Source: a virus. From it: 64,000 nucleotides of DNA. The notes under the pieces are model-generated. The model was given only the letters and a program-made list of their open reading frames with translations, did no database searches and was not told where the DNA came from. Both the position numbers and the translations under genes were made by a program. This document shows, piece after piece, positions 39,866-50,700 of the stretch (position 1 is its first letter; every line of letters starts with the position of its first letter). The DNA is taken from positions 64,001 to 128,000 of the IMG/VR virus record IMGVR_UViG_3300013126_000012. One strand, 5' to 3'.

Positions 39866-40797
39866 AACATGTCCATTTTGAGTGCCATTATGCCTTCAAA
39901 TGTTAATATATCAGTATCGTTAATAATTTGTGTAATTTGTTCAAAACCTAATTCTGATGCATCTGCATCTTGCAATCGTACAAAATAAACATTTAAACCT
40001 TCTGCCATGAATCGTTCTGCAATTTGCACTGCATTGCGAAGTGCATCAGCATCCAAGCAAATATAGATATCTCGAACTCGTTTTTCAATGATTTTCTTTT
40101 GCAATGCCGGTTGAATGATTTTACCAAATAACGGTATTGCATTGCGTTTAATTGCAATTGCATCAAATGCTCCTTCACAAAGAACGATAGGTTGTGACCA
40201 ATTTATAGTTAAATCAAATCCAATGATGTCTTTTGATATTTTAGGATTTTTGTGTTTTTGTTTGTCTGCTCGATAAAATGCTCGAGATACAAAATAATTT
40301 AATTGTCCTGCTTCATCATAACTAGGAATAATTATTTTTCCAGAATATTCACCTTGTTCGCAATATCCAATTCGATACTTTAAAATATCCAACATACCAA
40401 CACCTCGTTGCTGCAAATAATGAATTGCATTGCGATAATCAGGTGTATTTTTTTTATTCCATAATGGAACATAATGTTCCGGCAAAGCCAATGTTACTGT
40501 TGATTTTGTTTCTGCAGTATTTCGATATCTAGCAGATTCAATTATTTTTGAAAGTTGTTCAAACCATTCTTTTGACAAGCCCATTTGCTTGAACAAACTG
40601 TTAATAGTTCGACCTTTCTTATCTGATATCCAACAATGCCATGGATTTTCTCCTGCATGATTAGTATTAACGTCGATTTCTAATTTTGGCTTGTAATGTG
40701 AAGTAAACGGAGAAAAGAATGCAATGTTATTGCCGGAAGTAGATTTGCCTTTACCTAAAACTGATTCTAATAATTGTAACAGTTTAAGATTCTTCAC
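39856..40797 (-). CDS. DnaG-type DNA primase
   Basis: IIIPSYD...YFVSR, Toprim motifs CEGAFDA and LDADA; GTG start. Confidence 0.85.
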   Translation of the reverse strand: MKNLKLLQLLESVLGKGKSTSGNNIAFFSPFTSHYKPKLEIDVNTNHAGENPWHCWISDKKGRTINSLFKQMGLSKEWFEQLSKIIESARYRNTAETKSTVTLALPEHYVPLWNKKNTPDYRNAIHYLQQRGVGMLDILKYRIGYCEQGEYSGKIIIPSYDEAGQLNYFVSRAFYRADKQKHKNPKISKDIIGFDLTINWSQPIVLCEGAFDAIAIKRNAIPLFGKIIQPALQKKIIEKRVRDIYICLDADALRNAVQIAERFMAEGLNVYFVRLQDADASELGFEQITQIINDTDILTFEGIMALKMDMLWT

Positions 40798-40803
40798 ATT
40801 TAT

Positions 40804-40832
40804 ATTATAATGAAAAACTGTAAGGAATCCAA
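40804..40832 (-). promoter_or_regulatory. Sigma70-type promoter of the primase/SbcCD operon
   Basis: TTGGAT-N17-TATAAT. Confidence 0.75.
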
Positions 40833-40858
40833 TTAATTATAATTAATATATAATATAT

Positions 40859-40940
40859 GTTAAGCACATACATTTCATTACTGGCTTAACGATTGAATCA
40901 ATAAATTCTTCAATCTATTAATAAAATAAATTTCATTAAC
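40859..40940 (-). other. Three abutting inverted repeats in the resolvase-primase intergenic region
   Basis: Stems GTTAAT/ATTAAT, GATTGAA/TTCAATC and GTTAAGC/GCTTAAC with related loop sequences. Confidence 0.6.
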
Positions 40941-40978
40941 TTTCATGAATATATTAAAAATAATTCACAAAACAAACC

Positions 40979-41461
40979 TTAACTAAAAAAACGTTTTGGG
41001 TCTGCTGGTACTTCGCCTGTTTTTACGCATTCATTTAGCCATTCTGCAGGTATGTCTTTTTTTGCAACATGTTGAATACCTAGCTTGCGAGCAAATGCTT
41101 CATATGTAGTTGGGGACGTTTTTGACAATTTTTGATTAGGATTTTGAAATATCATTCGTATATCAATACCCGGATTTGATTGTAATACATGTTTCATTTT
41201 AGTTCGATCGGCCGTAGTCCAACGACCTTTCGTTTCGATATACATGGTTCCGCCATTGCGTTTCGTAAATACAAAATCCGGTGTATATTTCGCTTTGCGT
41301 TCTGGAACTACGTAATTCAATGTTTCAGTTTCATAACGCAATTCATATTCTGTTTGTTTTATTTGTTCTGATACAGTTAGTTCCAATCCTGATTTATAAC
41401 CATGTTTAAGTGCATTTGCTCGTTTAGAGTTTCCGGAACTATGAAAATGATTTCGTCTCAT
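40979..41461 (-). CDS. T7 endonuclease I-like Holliday junction resolvase
   Basis: YKSGLE...YTPDF...IETKGRW...DIRMIFQ. Confidence 0.88.
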   Translation of the reverse strand: MRRNHFHSSGNSKRANALKHGYKSGLELTVSEQIKQTEYELRYETETLNYVVPERKAKYTPDFVFTKRNGGTMYIETKGRWTTADRTKMKHVLQSNPGIDIRMIFQNPNQKLSKTSPTTYEAFARKLGIQHVAKKDIPAEWLNECVKTGEVPADPKRFFS

Positions 41462-41472
41462 TATATAACTTT

Positions 41473-43605
41473 TTACTTTTTAGGTAAATTAGTACGTTTA
41501 CCACCCGGCTTTCCCCATATTTTATTTTCATATGCAAATGCAATACGATCATAAACTTGTTTTGCCGAATAAGCTGATTTTAATTTTGGAGTAACGCCAT
41601 CGATAAATGCAAATTTAGGACTATATACTATACTTAATATCCTTCTAGCTGCTTTTGCCGTTTCCGAGCTATCATTTAATTCTAATTTCTTGCCATTACG
41701 ATACAATAATCCAGTTAAGCTTTGATATTTTAAATCATATGATTGAATTCCTTGTAAATACTCAACTGTTGTGCCAGTGGATCCATTTCTTGTAATAAAA
41801 TATTTAACTTGTTTTGGATATTTTTTTAACATGTAACGAAGATCTCCATAAATCAAACGTATAATCATATCTACATAAGCTGCATATGTTACCGCAAATG
41901 AAGGTGACTTTTTCAAAAAATATCTTTTGATAATACGATATACGGCTTCTCCGTCAATGCCGAATGCTAAAGTAGATCGTAAAGAATTTATTGCTTCAAT
42001 AAAACTAATTGACTTTGATATTAACTTCCATTGATATGTTGCTTGTGGCGTTATCTTTTTAGACTTATCAATATCTTTATCCATATCTTTTTTAGGCGTT
42101 GTATCTTTTTTAGTATCGTCTTTTTTATGCGTTGTATTTGTATCTTTTTTAGTATCATCTGTTTTAGTTACAATAACCGGGTTAGGATTGTCAGTTGTAG
42201 CAATTTGTTTAATAACATCTTTATTTGCAGCCACAAGTTGTTCATATAACTTATTATACATGTTAGAATTTTTAATTCTAGATTCGTTAATTCCTGTTTT
42301 TATTTCATTAGTAGATATACCAAATAACGCAGTTGTTAAAGAATTTGGCCAATTAGTTTCAGGCGTGTAACCTGTATAAACATTCAAATCTTTTAATAAA
42401 GCTTTAGATGTGTCACCCCAAGTTCCATACTGCGAAATAGGAACGTTAAGGAACTTTATAACTGAATTCCATTTTTCTACATCTGTGTAATTAGACAATA
42501 CAATTTTTAAAAACTGTTGAAATTCATATACAGTCTTAGAATCCCATGTTGATGGAGTTTCAGATTTTGCTAAAAAATAATTTTTAAAAAATTTAGTTTT
42601 TGCAGCAGATGCATCATTTCTAGAATCATATGATATAAATTCTATATATTTATCTTTAGGTTTTATGTCTAATTCGCAAGCTGCAATACGCGTTTTTAAT
42701 TCACCAGAGTTTGTAAATTCATATGATGCTCCTGGTGTTTTATCTGGATCCAATTTATTAATAGTTAATTGATATAATAAATTTGCTTTTGCAATAGAAT
42801 CAGAATCCCATGCTCCGGTAATTGTTAAACCTTGCTCTTTTTGAAATTGTTCGCAGGCCGCCCGTAATTCGCATCCAAATTTGTTTGAATTTTTTACTGA
42901 TGCTAAGTTATTTAGTTGCGAACTAGCATTAGGATTTGTATAAAAATATTTAAATAATGATAAAACTGCGCTATCCGAATCTCCAAATTTTAATTCTGTT
43001 TTAGGTACTGTTAATTTTTCTTGACCTTGAATCGTTTCTCCCGACGGGGTTCCTTTAAAGGATTTCCACTCTGAACTTTTTATTTTACTGCGATCGAATA
43101 ATAATGCACCTTTTCCAATTGTACCAATATATCCTGATGTAGATGAAGAAATAGATTTGTTTATTAAACTTCTACTAATATAAAATGCAGGGAATCTATA
43201 AGTTGCAAATAATCGTTTTTCTTTTGGTTTTTTTCTTTTATCTAATTTAGAATCTTGCATATCAAGAACCCAAACGTAATCAGAAGAAGTTTTTGCTAAA
43301 AGACCCGCATCGAGCGTATTAAGTTTAAAAAGAGCTTGTTTTTTTAAATCTTCCGCAGACATTTCGAATTTTTTATCATCCCCGCGTCCGAATCGTCTAG
43401 TAATAAGTATTGCAGTTCCATCGGCAGTAGAATAAGTAATATTACTTTGTTTATCCGGCGACAATATTAGTGCATGCAAATCTTTCATTAGTTTATCTTC
43501 TTCAGTATTTAATATTGCAGTTTGCACAATGATTGTAGCACCTTGTTCATGCAATGCTCTACGTATAATTTGCTCTAATATTATTTCAGGTTTCATTTGT
43601 TTCAT
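41473..43605 (-). CDS. Large protein with putative peptidoglycan-binding domain(s)
   Basis: LKFGDSDSAV...FGCELRAACEQFQKEQGLTITGAWD resembles PG_binding_1; late promoter upstream. Confidence 0.6.
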   Translation of the reverse strand: MKQMKPEIILEQIIRRALHEQGATIIVQTAILNTEEDKLMKDLHALILSPDKQSNITYSTADGTAILITRRFGRGDDKKFEMSAEDLKKQALFKLNTLDAGLLAKTSSDYVWVLDMQDSKLDKRKKPKEKRLFATYRFPAFYISRSLINKSISSSTSGYIGTIGKGALLFDRSKIKSSEWKSFKGTPSGETIQGQEKLTVPKTELKFGDSDSAVLSLFKYFYTNPNASSQLNNLASVKNSNKFGCELRAACEQFQKEQGLTITGAWDSDSIAKANLLYQLTINKLDPDKTPGASYEFTNSGELKTRIAACELDIKPKDKYIEFISYDSRNDASAAKTKFFKNYFLAKSETPSTWDSKTVYEFQQFLKIVLSNYTDVEKWNSVIKFLNVPISQYGTWGDTSKALLKDLNVYTGYTPETNWPNSLTTALFGISTNEIKTGINESRIKNSNMYNKLYEQLVAANKDVIKQIATTDNPNPVIVTKTDDTKKDTNTTHKKDDTKKDTTPKKDMDKDIDKSKKITPQATYQWKLISKSISFIEAINSLRSTLAFGIDGEAVYRIIKRYFLKKSPSFAVTYAAYVDMIIRLIYGDLRYMLKKYPKQVKYFITRNGSTGTTVEYLQGIQSYDLKYQSLTGLLYRNGKKLELNDSSETAKAARRILSIVYSPKFAFIDGVTPKLKSAYSAKQVYDRIAFAYENKIWGKPGGKRTNLPKK

Positions 43606-43620
43606 TTTATATAAATATGA

Positions 43621-44163
43621 TTACCAATCAATCATTACAAGTTTATTATTCCACACCATCACGTTGTCAGTTTTAAAATCTAAATCTAATTCTAAATCTG
43701 GAATATCTATTTTTTTAATGTCTTGTTGTAATGCTCGTAAAAAATTAATCAATTGAATATTTGTGTCGCGAGCACCATCTGCATCTAAAAAATCAAATAT
43801 CGAAACTTCACCGCCTTGCTCTTGCGCATACGTTTTATAATTAGCAATGAATCGATTAACGACTATTTTTTGGTTACTTGATAATTCCGATGCTTTAGCC
43901 ATTATATACATGTTATTTCCATCTACATAATATACCGGAATAAAAGTTGTATATCTGCTATAATTATCTACTAATTGTTCAGCAACTCGGTATTCTTCTG
44001 TTTCTGTAGTTATTTTAAATAATTTATCTTCACCTTCAATTTCGTATACACGTCCATTATCGCCTTGTCCAAACAAAGAAAATTGTTTATTTTTAATTTT
44101 TTGCAAGATTCTGTTTAAATCTTTGCTATCTATTTCTACAAGTAAATTTCGTAAACGTATCAT
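43621..44163 (-). CDS. Minimal protein kinase-like protein
   Basis: GQGDNGRVY glycine loop, LFKIT lysine, helix C glutamate, DFKTDNVM catalytic loop and IDW metal motif. Confidence 0.75.
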   Translation of the reverse strand: MIRLRNLLVEIDSKDLNRILQKIKNKQFSLFGQGDNGRVYEIEGEDKLFKITTETEEYRVAEQLVDNYSRYTTFIPVYYVDGNNMYIMAKASELSSNQKIVVNRFIANYKTYAQEQGGEVSIFDFLDADGARDTNIQLINFLRALQQDIKKIDIPDLELDLDFKTDNVMVWNNKLVMIDW

Positions 44164-45737
44164 TATACACCTTTGAATGAAATATTTTTATCTAAATCTA
44201 ATCGTATCAAAAAATTCATATCAACATCGCTACGTTTTTTTATAGGTTGTGCTAATTTTCCAATAGCTAATAGTTGGCCCGCATCATCATATAAACCAAC
44301 TGTTGTGATATATGGCGCAAACGTGCTTCCACTTACAAACGGAAAGTATGTAGAATCATCATCTCGCGTCAATGTTATATTCGTAGACATATTAAAATCT
44401 CCAGCATCAACTTTTGCAATCGTAGAAAATTCATGAATTGTTACAGTACTACGATATGATGCAGTAAATGGAGATGCAATCAAATTGTTATAACGATAAT
44501 CTGCAGACGATATCACTACTAATCCGTGTTTATCGAATATGTTACCGACATTTGCTGTTTGTAAAAATGTCCCGCCCTCGCTACGGTCTGTTAAAGAACT
44601 TATATTGGCAGTTGTTAGTGACTTATTAAAGATTCTAACTTCATCAATAACACCGTTAAGGTTTGAACTATTGGTGCTAAAACCGCCTAAATATACATCG
44701 GACGTATTATCTATACGCGCAGATGCAGTAAACGGAGAAAACGTATTAACTAATAAATTATTTGATGCTGATGAATGCAACGTACCATTAATGTATAGCT
44801 GCATATTACTGCCAGATTTTTGACATACTACATGAGTCCATGATGCAGAAACTGCTATCGAAGATGTAATCTGCGAATAAAATGTAGTACTTCCAGCAAT
44901 AGTATATACAATCTGTTTGTTTGCATTTAATTCGATTTTAAACGGATATGATGCTTGTAAACTACTCGATGCTTTTGCTATTATCAATTCATTATTAGCT
45001 CCAACTGCTGAACTAGTTATAAAAAATGATACTGCATAATCATGATCACGATCATAAAATCCATCAACTGATTTTTTAATATAACCAGAACCCGTAAATG
45101 ATGCTGCATATCCTATAGGTAATTGTAATCCATTAGTTGTTGGAATTCCTAAAACATATGTTACATTTGCACTTTCATATGAAATTCTAGATGTATCAAA
45201 ATATTCATTAAATCCTTCATACCAACGTTCGCCAGTAGCAAATGATGAAGTATTAGTAGAAACATCATATACATTTCCGTATAAATCAGATGCTAATGTA
45301 AATGCAGATCCGGTTAATGTAAAAGATTTTGGTTTAATTCCTTCGCCGATTTTTATTTGCGGAAATGAAAATATTGATGCACTTTGATATAATGCTTTTT
45401 TAGTACGAGTTAAATCGGTAGGTCCATATGTTTTAAATGGTTGATCTTTGTACTTATAAAACATATGATTTATAGAAAAATATGTAACTGACTGCAAACT
45501 ACCATCTATATTCGAAGCATCATTATATGTTAAATTAGAACCCAATGCTGGAAGTTGATTAACATCGCTATAAATTCCTTGTAATACTAGCATGCTACTA
45601 GTACTACTACCAGAAATATTAATCCATGATTTATTTGCTTGAAATGAATTAATCATTACATCTACTGGGTCTATTTTTTTAAAGACTGTTGGATATATAC
45701 CTTGATATTCTTCTTGTGTTATTCTTGATTCAGCCAT
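44163..45737 (-). CDS. Baseplate/tail protein with LamG (concanavalin A-like) domain
   Basis: WTHVVCQ...LYING...GVIDEVRIFNKSL; C-terminus paralogous to 45798-47087. Confidence 0.75.
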   Translation of the reverse strand: MAESRITQEEYQGIYPTVFKKIDPVDVMINSFQANKSWINISGSSTSSMLVLQGIYSDVNQLPALGSNLTYNDASNIDGSLQSVTYFSINHMFYKYKDQPFKTYGPTDLTRTKKALYQSASIFSFPQIKIGEGIKPKSFTLTGSAFTLASDLYGNVYDVSTNTSSFATGERWYEGFNEYFDTSRISYESANVTYVLGIPTTNGLQLPIGYAASFTGSGYIKKSVDGFYDRDHDYAVSFFITSSAVGANNELIIAKASSSLQASYPFKIELNANKQIVYTIAGSTTFYSQITSSIAVSASWTHVVCQKSGSNMQLYINGTLHSSASNNLLVNTFSPFTASARIDNTSDVYLGGFSTNSSNLNGVIDEVRIFNKSLTTANISSLTDRSEGGTFLQTANVGNIFDKHGLVVISSADYRYNNLIASPFTASYRSTVTIHEFSTIAKVDAGDFNMSTNITLTRDDDSTYFPFVSGSTFAPYITTVGLYDDAGQLLAIGKLAQPIKKRSDVDMNFLIRLDLDKNISFKGV

Positions 45738-45744
45738 ATTCAGT

Positions 45745-45780
45745 AAAAACCCTGCTACATTTAATATAAATATAACAGGG
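45745..45780 (-). terminator. Terminator-like hairpin containing a late promoter motif
   Basis: CCCTGTTATATTTA-TAT-TAAATGTAGCAGGG-TTTTT: 14 bp stem with two GU pairs. Confidence 0.65.
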
Positions 45781-45797
45781 CTTAAATCAGTGTTGAT

Positions 45798-47087
45798 TTA
45801 AAAATCTAACTTAACTCGAACTAAAGCTTCGCGCTGAAATGATTTTAATAATGGTCTAGAAAGTTTTGCAACTGCTAACAATTCTTGATTATCATTATAT
45901 AATCCAACCGTTGTAATATATGTTTTAGGATCGCCAATAAACGTTGATTGTGCAATTTGACCAACGCTACCAGTAACATAAGATGGGTTGTTTGAAAAAT
46001 TATATTCTGCATTTTTAATTCGAACGAAATAATGCGTACTTGTTATTTTTTCTGAATTTCTTGCTTGAAACCCATATGGGTCCGCAGTTGATGGATCCGT
46101 AAAGAATGCCGAACCTGATATAGAATGAAATAATACAAAATGATTATTACCTTCTACACTTGAGCCAGTAACAGTTGCAAATCCTAATTGCTGATCTAAC
46201 ATTTTTCCATCTAATATCAATGTACCATAATCTGGATATGCTAATCCGTAATAAGTAGGCGCTGTCGGATTTACTACACCAGAATTAATTGACCCTGATA
46301 CAATATTATAAACTTTTCCACCATTGGTAGTTACACCCGTAGAAAGTGTTGAATCATCAATTAATTTAATAATAGTACTACCAGTAACAACAGATCCGGT
46401 TGCATTAGTAGTTCTAGATGTAATACTTATCAGAGGCATTTCCCAATTTCCTGGATCTAAACTTTCCTTGATTCTATTTCTTTTAAAGTTTACAACATAA
46501 ATATAATCTGTACTACCTGATCCAGCTGTTGTAAATCTCGTATCTGATGGATTCAATAAAAGTTGTCGATATTGAGAATAAATTGCTTTTGATGGTGAAT
46601 CATTAAGTTGACCTTGCGAATCAGATCCGCTACCTAATGCATGACCAAATGCTAATGCAAATTGTACTGCAGCTGTTGAACTTGATGGATTTGCTTGATA
46701 AACATCGATATAATATTTTCTTTGAGATGTTGTTTCAATCGATGATGTAAAGTATGTAGTTAAACTAGCAGCATTATCACTCCAAACGCCAGCCGTTACC
46801 GTCTCTACTTGATTTGCAACAACATCATTAACTAAATCAAATTTTGTAAATGTTCTACCATTACGAGCTAAGATTTGCGATTGTTGCATTTCAGCAACCA
46901 TTTGATTAGCTAACTGTTGTGCAAGTTGTTGTACTTGTTCATTGATAATTTGTGAAGAAGCAGCTGTAATATTTGTTGCATTTTGAACTGCTTGCGTAAC
47001 AGCTGGAGCTGCATTTAATGCTGTTCTAGGTACACCACCAATTCTTGGTTGTTGTTTTAATTTTGCAATGAATTCATTCATTTTCAT
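45798..47087 (-). CDS. Baseplate/fibre-attachment structural protein
   Basis: C-terminal TYITTVGLYNDNQELLAVAKLSRP resembles tail-collar fibre attachment domains. Confidence 0.65.
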   Translation of the reverse strand: MKMNEFIAKLKQQPRIGGVPRTALNAAPAVTQAVQNATNITAASSQIINEQVQQLAQQLANQMVAEMQQSQILARNGRTFTKFDLVNDVVANQVETVTAGVWSDNAASLTTYFTSSIETTSQRKYYIDVYQANPSSSTAAVQFALAFGHALGSGSDSQGQLNDSPSKAIYSQYRQLLLNPSDTRFTTAGSGSTDYIYVVNFKRNRIKESLDPGNWEMPLISITSRTTNATGSVVTGSTIIKLIDDSTLSTGVTTNGGKVYNIVSGSINSGVVNPTAPTYYGLAYPDYGTLILDGKMLDQQLGFATVTGSSVEGNNHFVLFHSISGSAFFTDPSTADPYGFQARNSEKITSTHYFVRIKNAEYNFSNNPSYVTGSVGQIAQSTFIGDPKTYITTVGLYNDNQELLAVAKLSRPLLKSFQREALVRVKLDF

Positions 47088-47100
47088 GTTAATATCCGTT

Positions 47101-47751
47101 TTATAAAGTTGCGGTAGTTGCTTTTCTAACCGTTAAATTCACAGTAATACTACCACCAGTTTCATTACCAATAATTGTAATCGTTGCAGTTTTATCTTCA
47201 ATTAATTGAGTTTTAGCAACAACCCGGAACTCAAATCCAGCAACTGCGACACTTTGTGCATCTTCATTATCTCCAATAAAACGAGGTGTAGTTGGAAGTA
47301 CTGATGTTTGTAATGCTCTTGTTACTTGAATATCCGCAACTGAAGAATCTGATAATATTGCTGTATAACCTAGGTTTGCATTTCCGCCTTGGAAATTACT
47401 TGTATTCGGCGATATTGTAGTACTATCACCAGGTGCTAATAATGTAACTGATGTGTTACCTACTGTAACAACCGGTATATTAGTTGTTTGTTTTGGTAAT
47501 GTAATCAATTTATATTTTAGTGCCTGAGTTTCATCTGGAATCGCTTCTGTTATAGGCATATTTTCAATAATTGTGCCATAATATGCAGTTCCTAATGGAT
47601 GATCTGGATTCCAAAGTGAATAGTCAATTTCATCATCGCCTAATGCAAACTGCGTGATATTAAACGCATTGCCGCCTTTTGCTAGCAATTCGCGTCCTTT
47701 CAATGTTAAAATTGCGTCAATTGTAACGCTGGTATTATCTAAGTATCCCAT
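47101..47751 (-). CDS. Baseplate structural protein
   Basis: AILTLKGRELLA...ITQFALGDDEIDY; late promoter upstream; position in the baseplate cluster. Confidence 0.6.
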   Translation of the reverse strand: MGYLDNTSVTIDAILTLKGRELLAKGGNAFNITQFALGDDEIDYSLWNPDHPLGTAYYGTIIENMPITEAIPDETQALKYKLITLPKQTTNIPVVTVGNTSVTLLAPGDSTTISPNTSNFQGGNANLGYTAILSDSSVADIQVTRALQTSVLPTTPRFIGDNEDAQSVAVAGFEFRVVAKTQLIEDKTATITIIGNETGGSITVNLTVRKATTATL

Positions 47752-47792
47752 ATGTTTTTACCTTATTTAATATAAATATACGCCATACTAAT

Positions 47793-50700
47793 TTATCGAG
47801 CTAAAACAAAACTACCTTGATCACCATATGATTGGTAAATCAATTGATTCGGATTCGCAGAAGACCATTCTGCAACTGGACCACCATCGATGGTTTGAGT
47901 TGAATTAATATTAAAGCCTGGAGATGACATTTTGCAACCAGAATATCTTTGATTATCAATACCCGTTGGTAAATAATCTTGCACTCTAGCAAAACTTCCT
48001 GTAAATCTATTAGTTGAAGAAAATGTATACGAACTAGAACCATATGATCCAGTACCATAATAACCTATACTAACTGACGATGTGATATATTGCGTAGATT
48101 CTGAAGTAAATCTATATTCAGATAAAATACTATTTAAATATACTGGTTGTAAAGCATCACTTAACCAATATGGAGATGATGCTGTTATCCACGAACTGCC
48201 AGATCGTAATACGTACTCATATGAATATGGTGTACTATTATAAGTAGCATCGCCACCGGTTATATACGCTTGCCATTGATCATCATCTAGTCCCGCAATA
48301 GATAAAATATTTCCATCAAAACTAGCAGTATATAAAGAATATTCACCATTCGCCACCGGGCTAACGTTTTGCAACGATGCGGTATATGTTGAATCAAATC
48401 TTTCTATAACTGGCAATATGGTATCTTTACTACGTTCTAATATATTTGGTTGAATTAATAATCCAACCATTTTATCTGTTCGAGCAGGAAGTAATTGTTC
48501 TAATTGTCGGAAGAATGATAAATCAAACAATGTAAACATAGAAATGTATGCATTGATATCATTTTTATTTTGATATTTCTTCCAATATGATTGCGCTGCT
48601 TGAATTAACTGCGGATATGAATTTAAATCTGCATTGCCTGGATCTCCGATATATTGATCTAAGTCCGTAAATCCGAATTGTGCAATAACATCTTCGTCGA
48701 TCATTGTTTGTGGAGAAAAATAAACTCCTAATTTTTTACTATCTAATGGAGCTTTATCAAATTGACTACGCTCTGCTCTTGTTTTTATGTCTAAAACGCC
48801 AACCAATTCATTTTGCTCAATTCTAACTTTATTATCATCATATGTTCCTGCTCCTAAAGATATACCATCGTAGTAGTATGTTTCTTCAAGCGAATCATAT
48901 GGTGTATTTTGAGTCCAACTAGCAAATGATGCTGATATAGTTGATGTTGCAGGCTGACTGCCTTGTAAACTTGAGGTTAATGAATGATTAATTTTTTGAT
49001 TAAGAGGTAACCTAAACACTAATTCAGAATATGCATCGACATTGCCATCATATGCTCCTGGTGCTTTTACATGATTGTTAAAAGGCGAATCGGACAAACT
49101 AGATGTCCATAATCTCAATTCTTGTAACTGTCCATATAATCTACTAGCACCTGCAGATGTACTACCTAATGTCAATGTACCAGTAGTGGCAAATGAAGCA
49201 GTTGCCGATGCTGATACTGCAGCTACAATTTTACCATACTTAGATTTTTTTGCAACTACTTCAAGCTTTGAACCCGTAGTTCTAAGTAATGTTGAAATCC
49301 AATCACCATTAAACATTTCAATATTGCCAGAACCAGTACCATTAATTTGTATAGTACCTAATGTTCCGCTACTAAAATCAATAGTAACAACATTAGAACC
49401 AATTGTATACAAATTCATTGTGCTAGGCAATGTAGGATTTGTAATTACATCGTCTGTTCTAAATCGCAATTCAACTGATTGAATGGGCTGTGCGTAATTA
49501 ACTGTAACGGTACCGGCTGCACTAGAACTCAAATCTAATGCATAATCAAAGTTTAGTTTCTCATAAATTGGAGCACGTTCTAATCTAGGTCCTCCATATT
49601 CTTTGATACTAATTAAAGACTGTGGAATTCCGTAACAAGATAATAGTGCTTGAATACTACGTTTTGTACCTTTAGATTTTAATAATAACGGCAAGTTATT
49701 TACAATTCTTCGCCATATGGCATAAGTAATATCTTGACCTGGTACTGACGGATCACCAACCGAATTAGATCCAGTTAATGGTACGCCTGTTTCGGAAGTT
49801 CCTAAAACATATTGCCATAATTCTTGCGATTGATTTCCATCCGTTAAAGTCCACCCAAATTGTTTTGCTACAGAATATAACAATTCATTCGGCATACCTA
49901 ATTTAGGATTTTCTTCTCGCTTGTTAATGCGAGTCATATGATTTATGTATGTATACAAAATATCATAATGTTGACCAAGCATATTAACAAATGTAGTTAT
50001 ACCATCACTTAGTGCATCGAATCTAATATATTCTGGTAATGCATAAACTAGAGCGTTATAATTTAATGTATCATATAGCGATGCCGATGCATATACGCCA
50101 TCATACCAAGAAATAAATGCGCTACTAGTTGTAGATGCCAACGTATACGGCCTAGTTGAGTTTGTTTTAGGTGCAGGAAGAATATAACTTCCTGTTAACT
50201 CCGTTACTGTTGCAAATTCCGATGGTATTGGATTTGATGTTAAAATAGATGAAGATTGATAATATAAAAATTGCTCAAAATTATCAAATCCGCCAATTAG
50301 ATTAGATTTTTTATTTTCAAAATCTGCAACATTCGTAGTCGCAACACTTCCAGATATTTGAGATGCAACTAAACTTTGCGATGCATAAAATTCTATCAAT
50401 TCTAATTTGTACTTAAAATTAGAAACGCGTTCAGTTGCGGAACTATAAAATATAAAGTTATTAAAATCTGAGTAATCAATGTTTAACTTTATGCCAGATA
50501 AACTTCCAGAAAAATACGTATCAACAATTTGTTGCGATGTTTGTGTAGATGATCCTAATAAATCATTCCATGCACGTAATCCTGTTTCTGCAGATGTATT
50601 AAATGTAGCATTAGCATACCAATTTGGATTTGCCAATTGATTAAAAGATTTTTGAGGTATTATAGGAGTTATAGCTACTTTATCTATATAAGTAGGTTTT

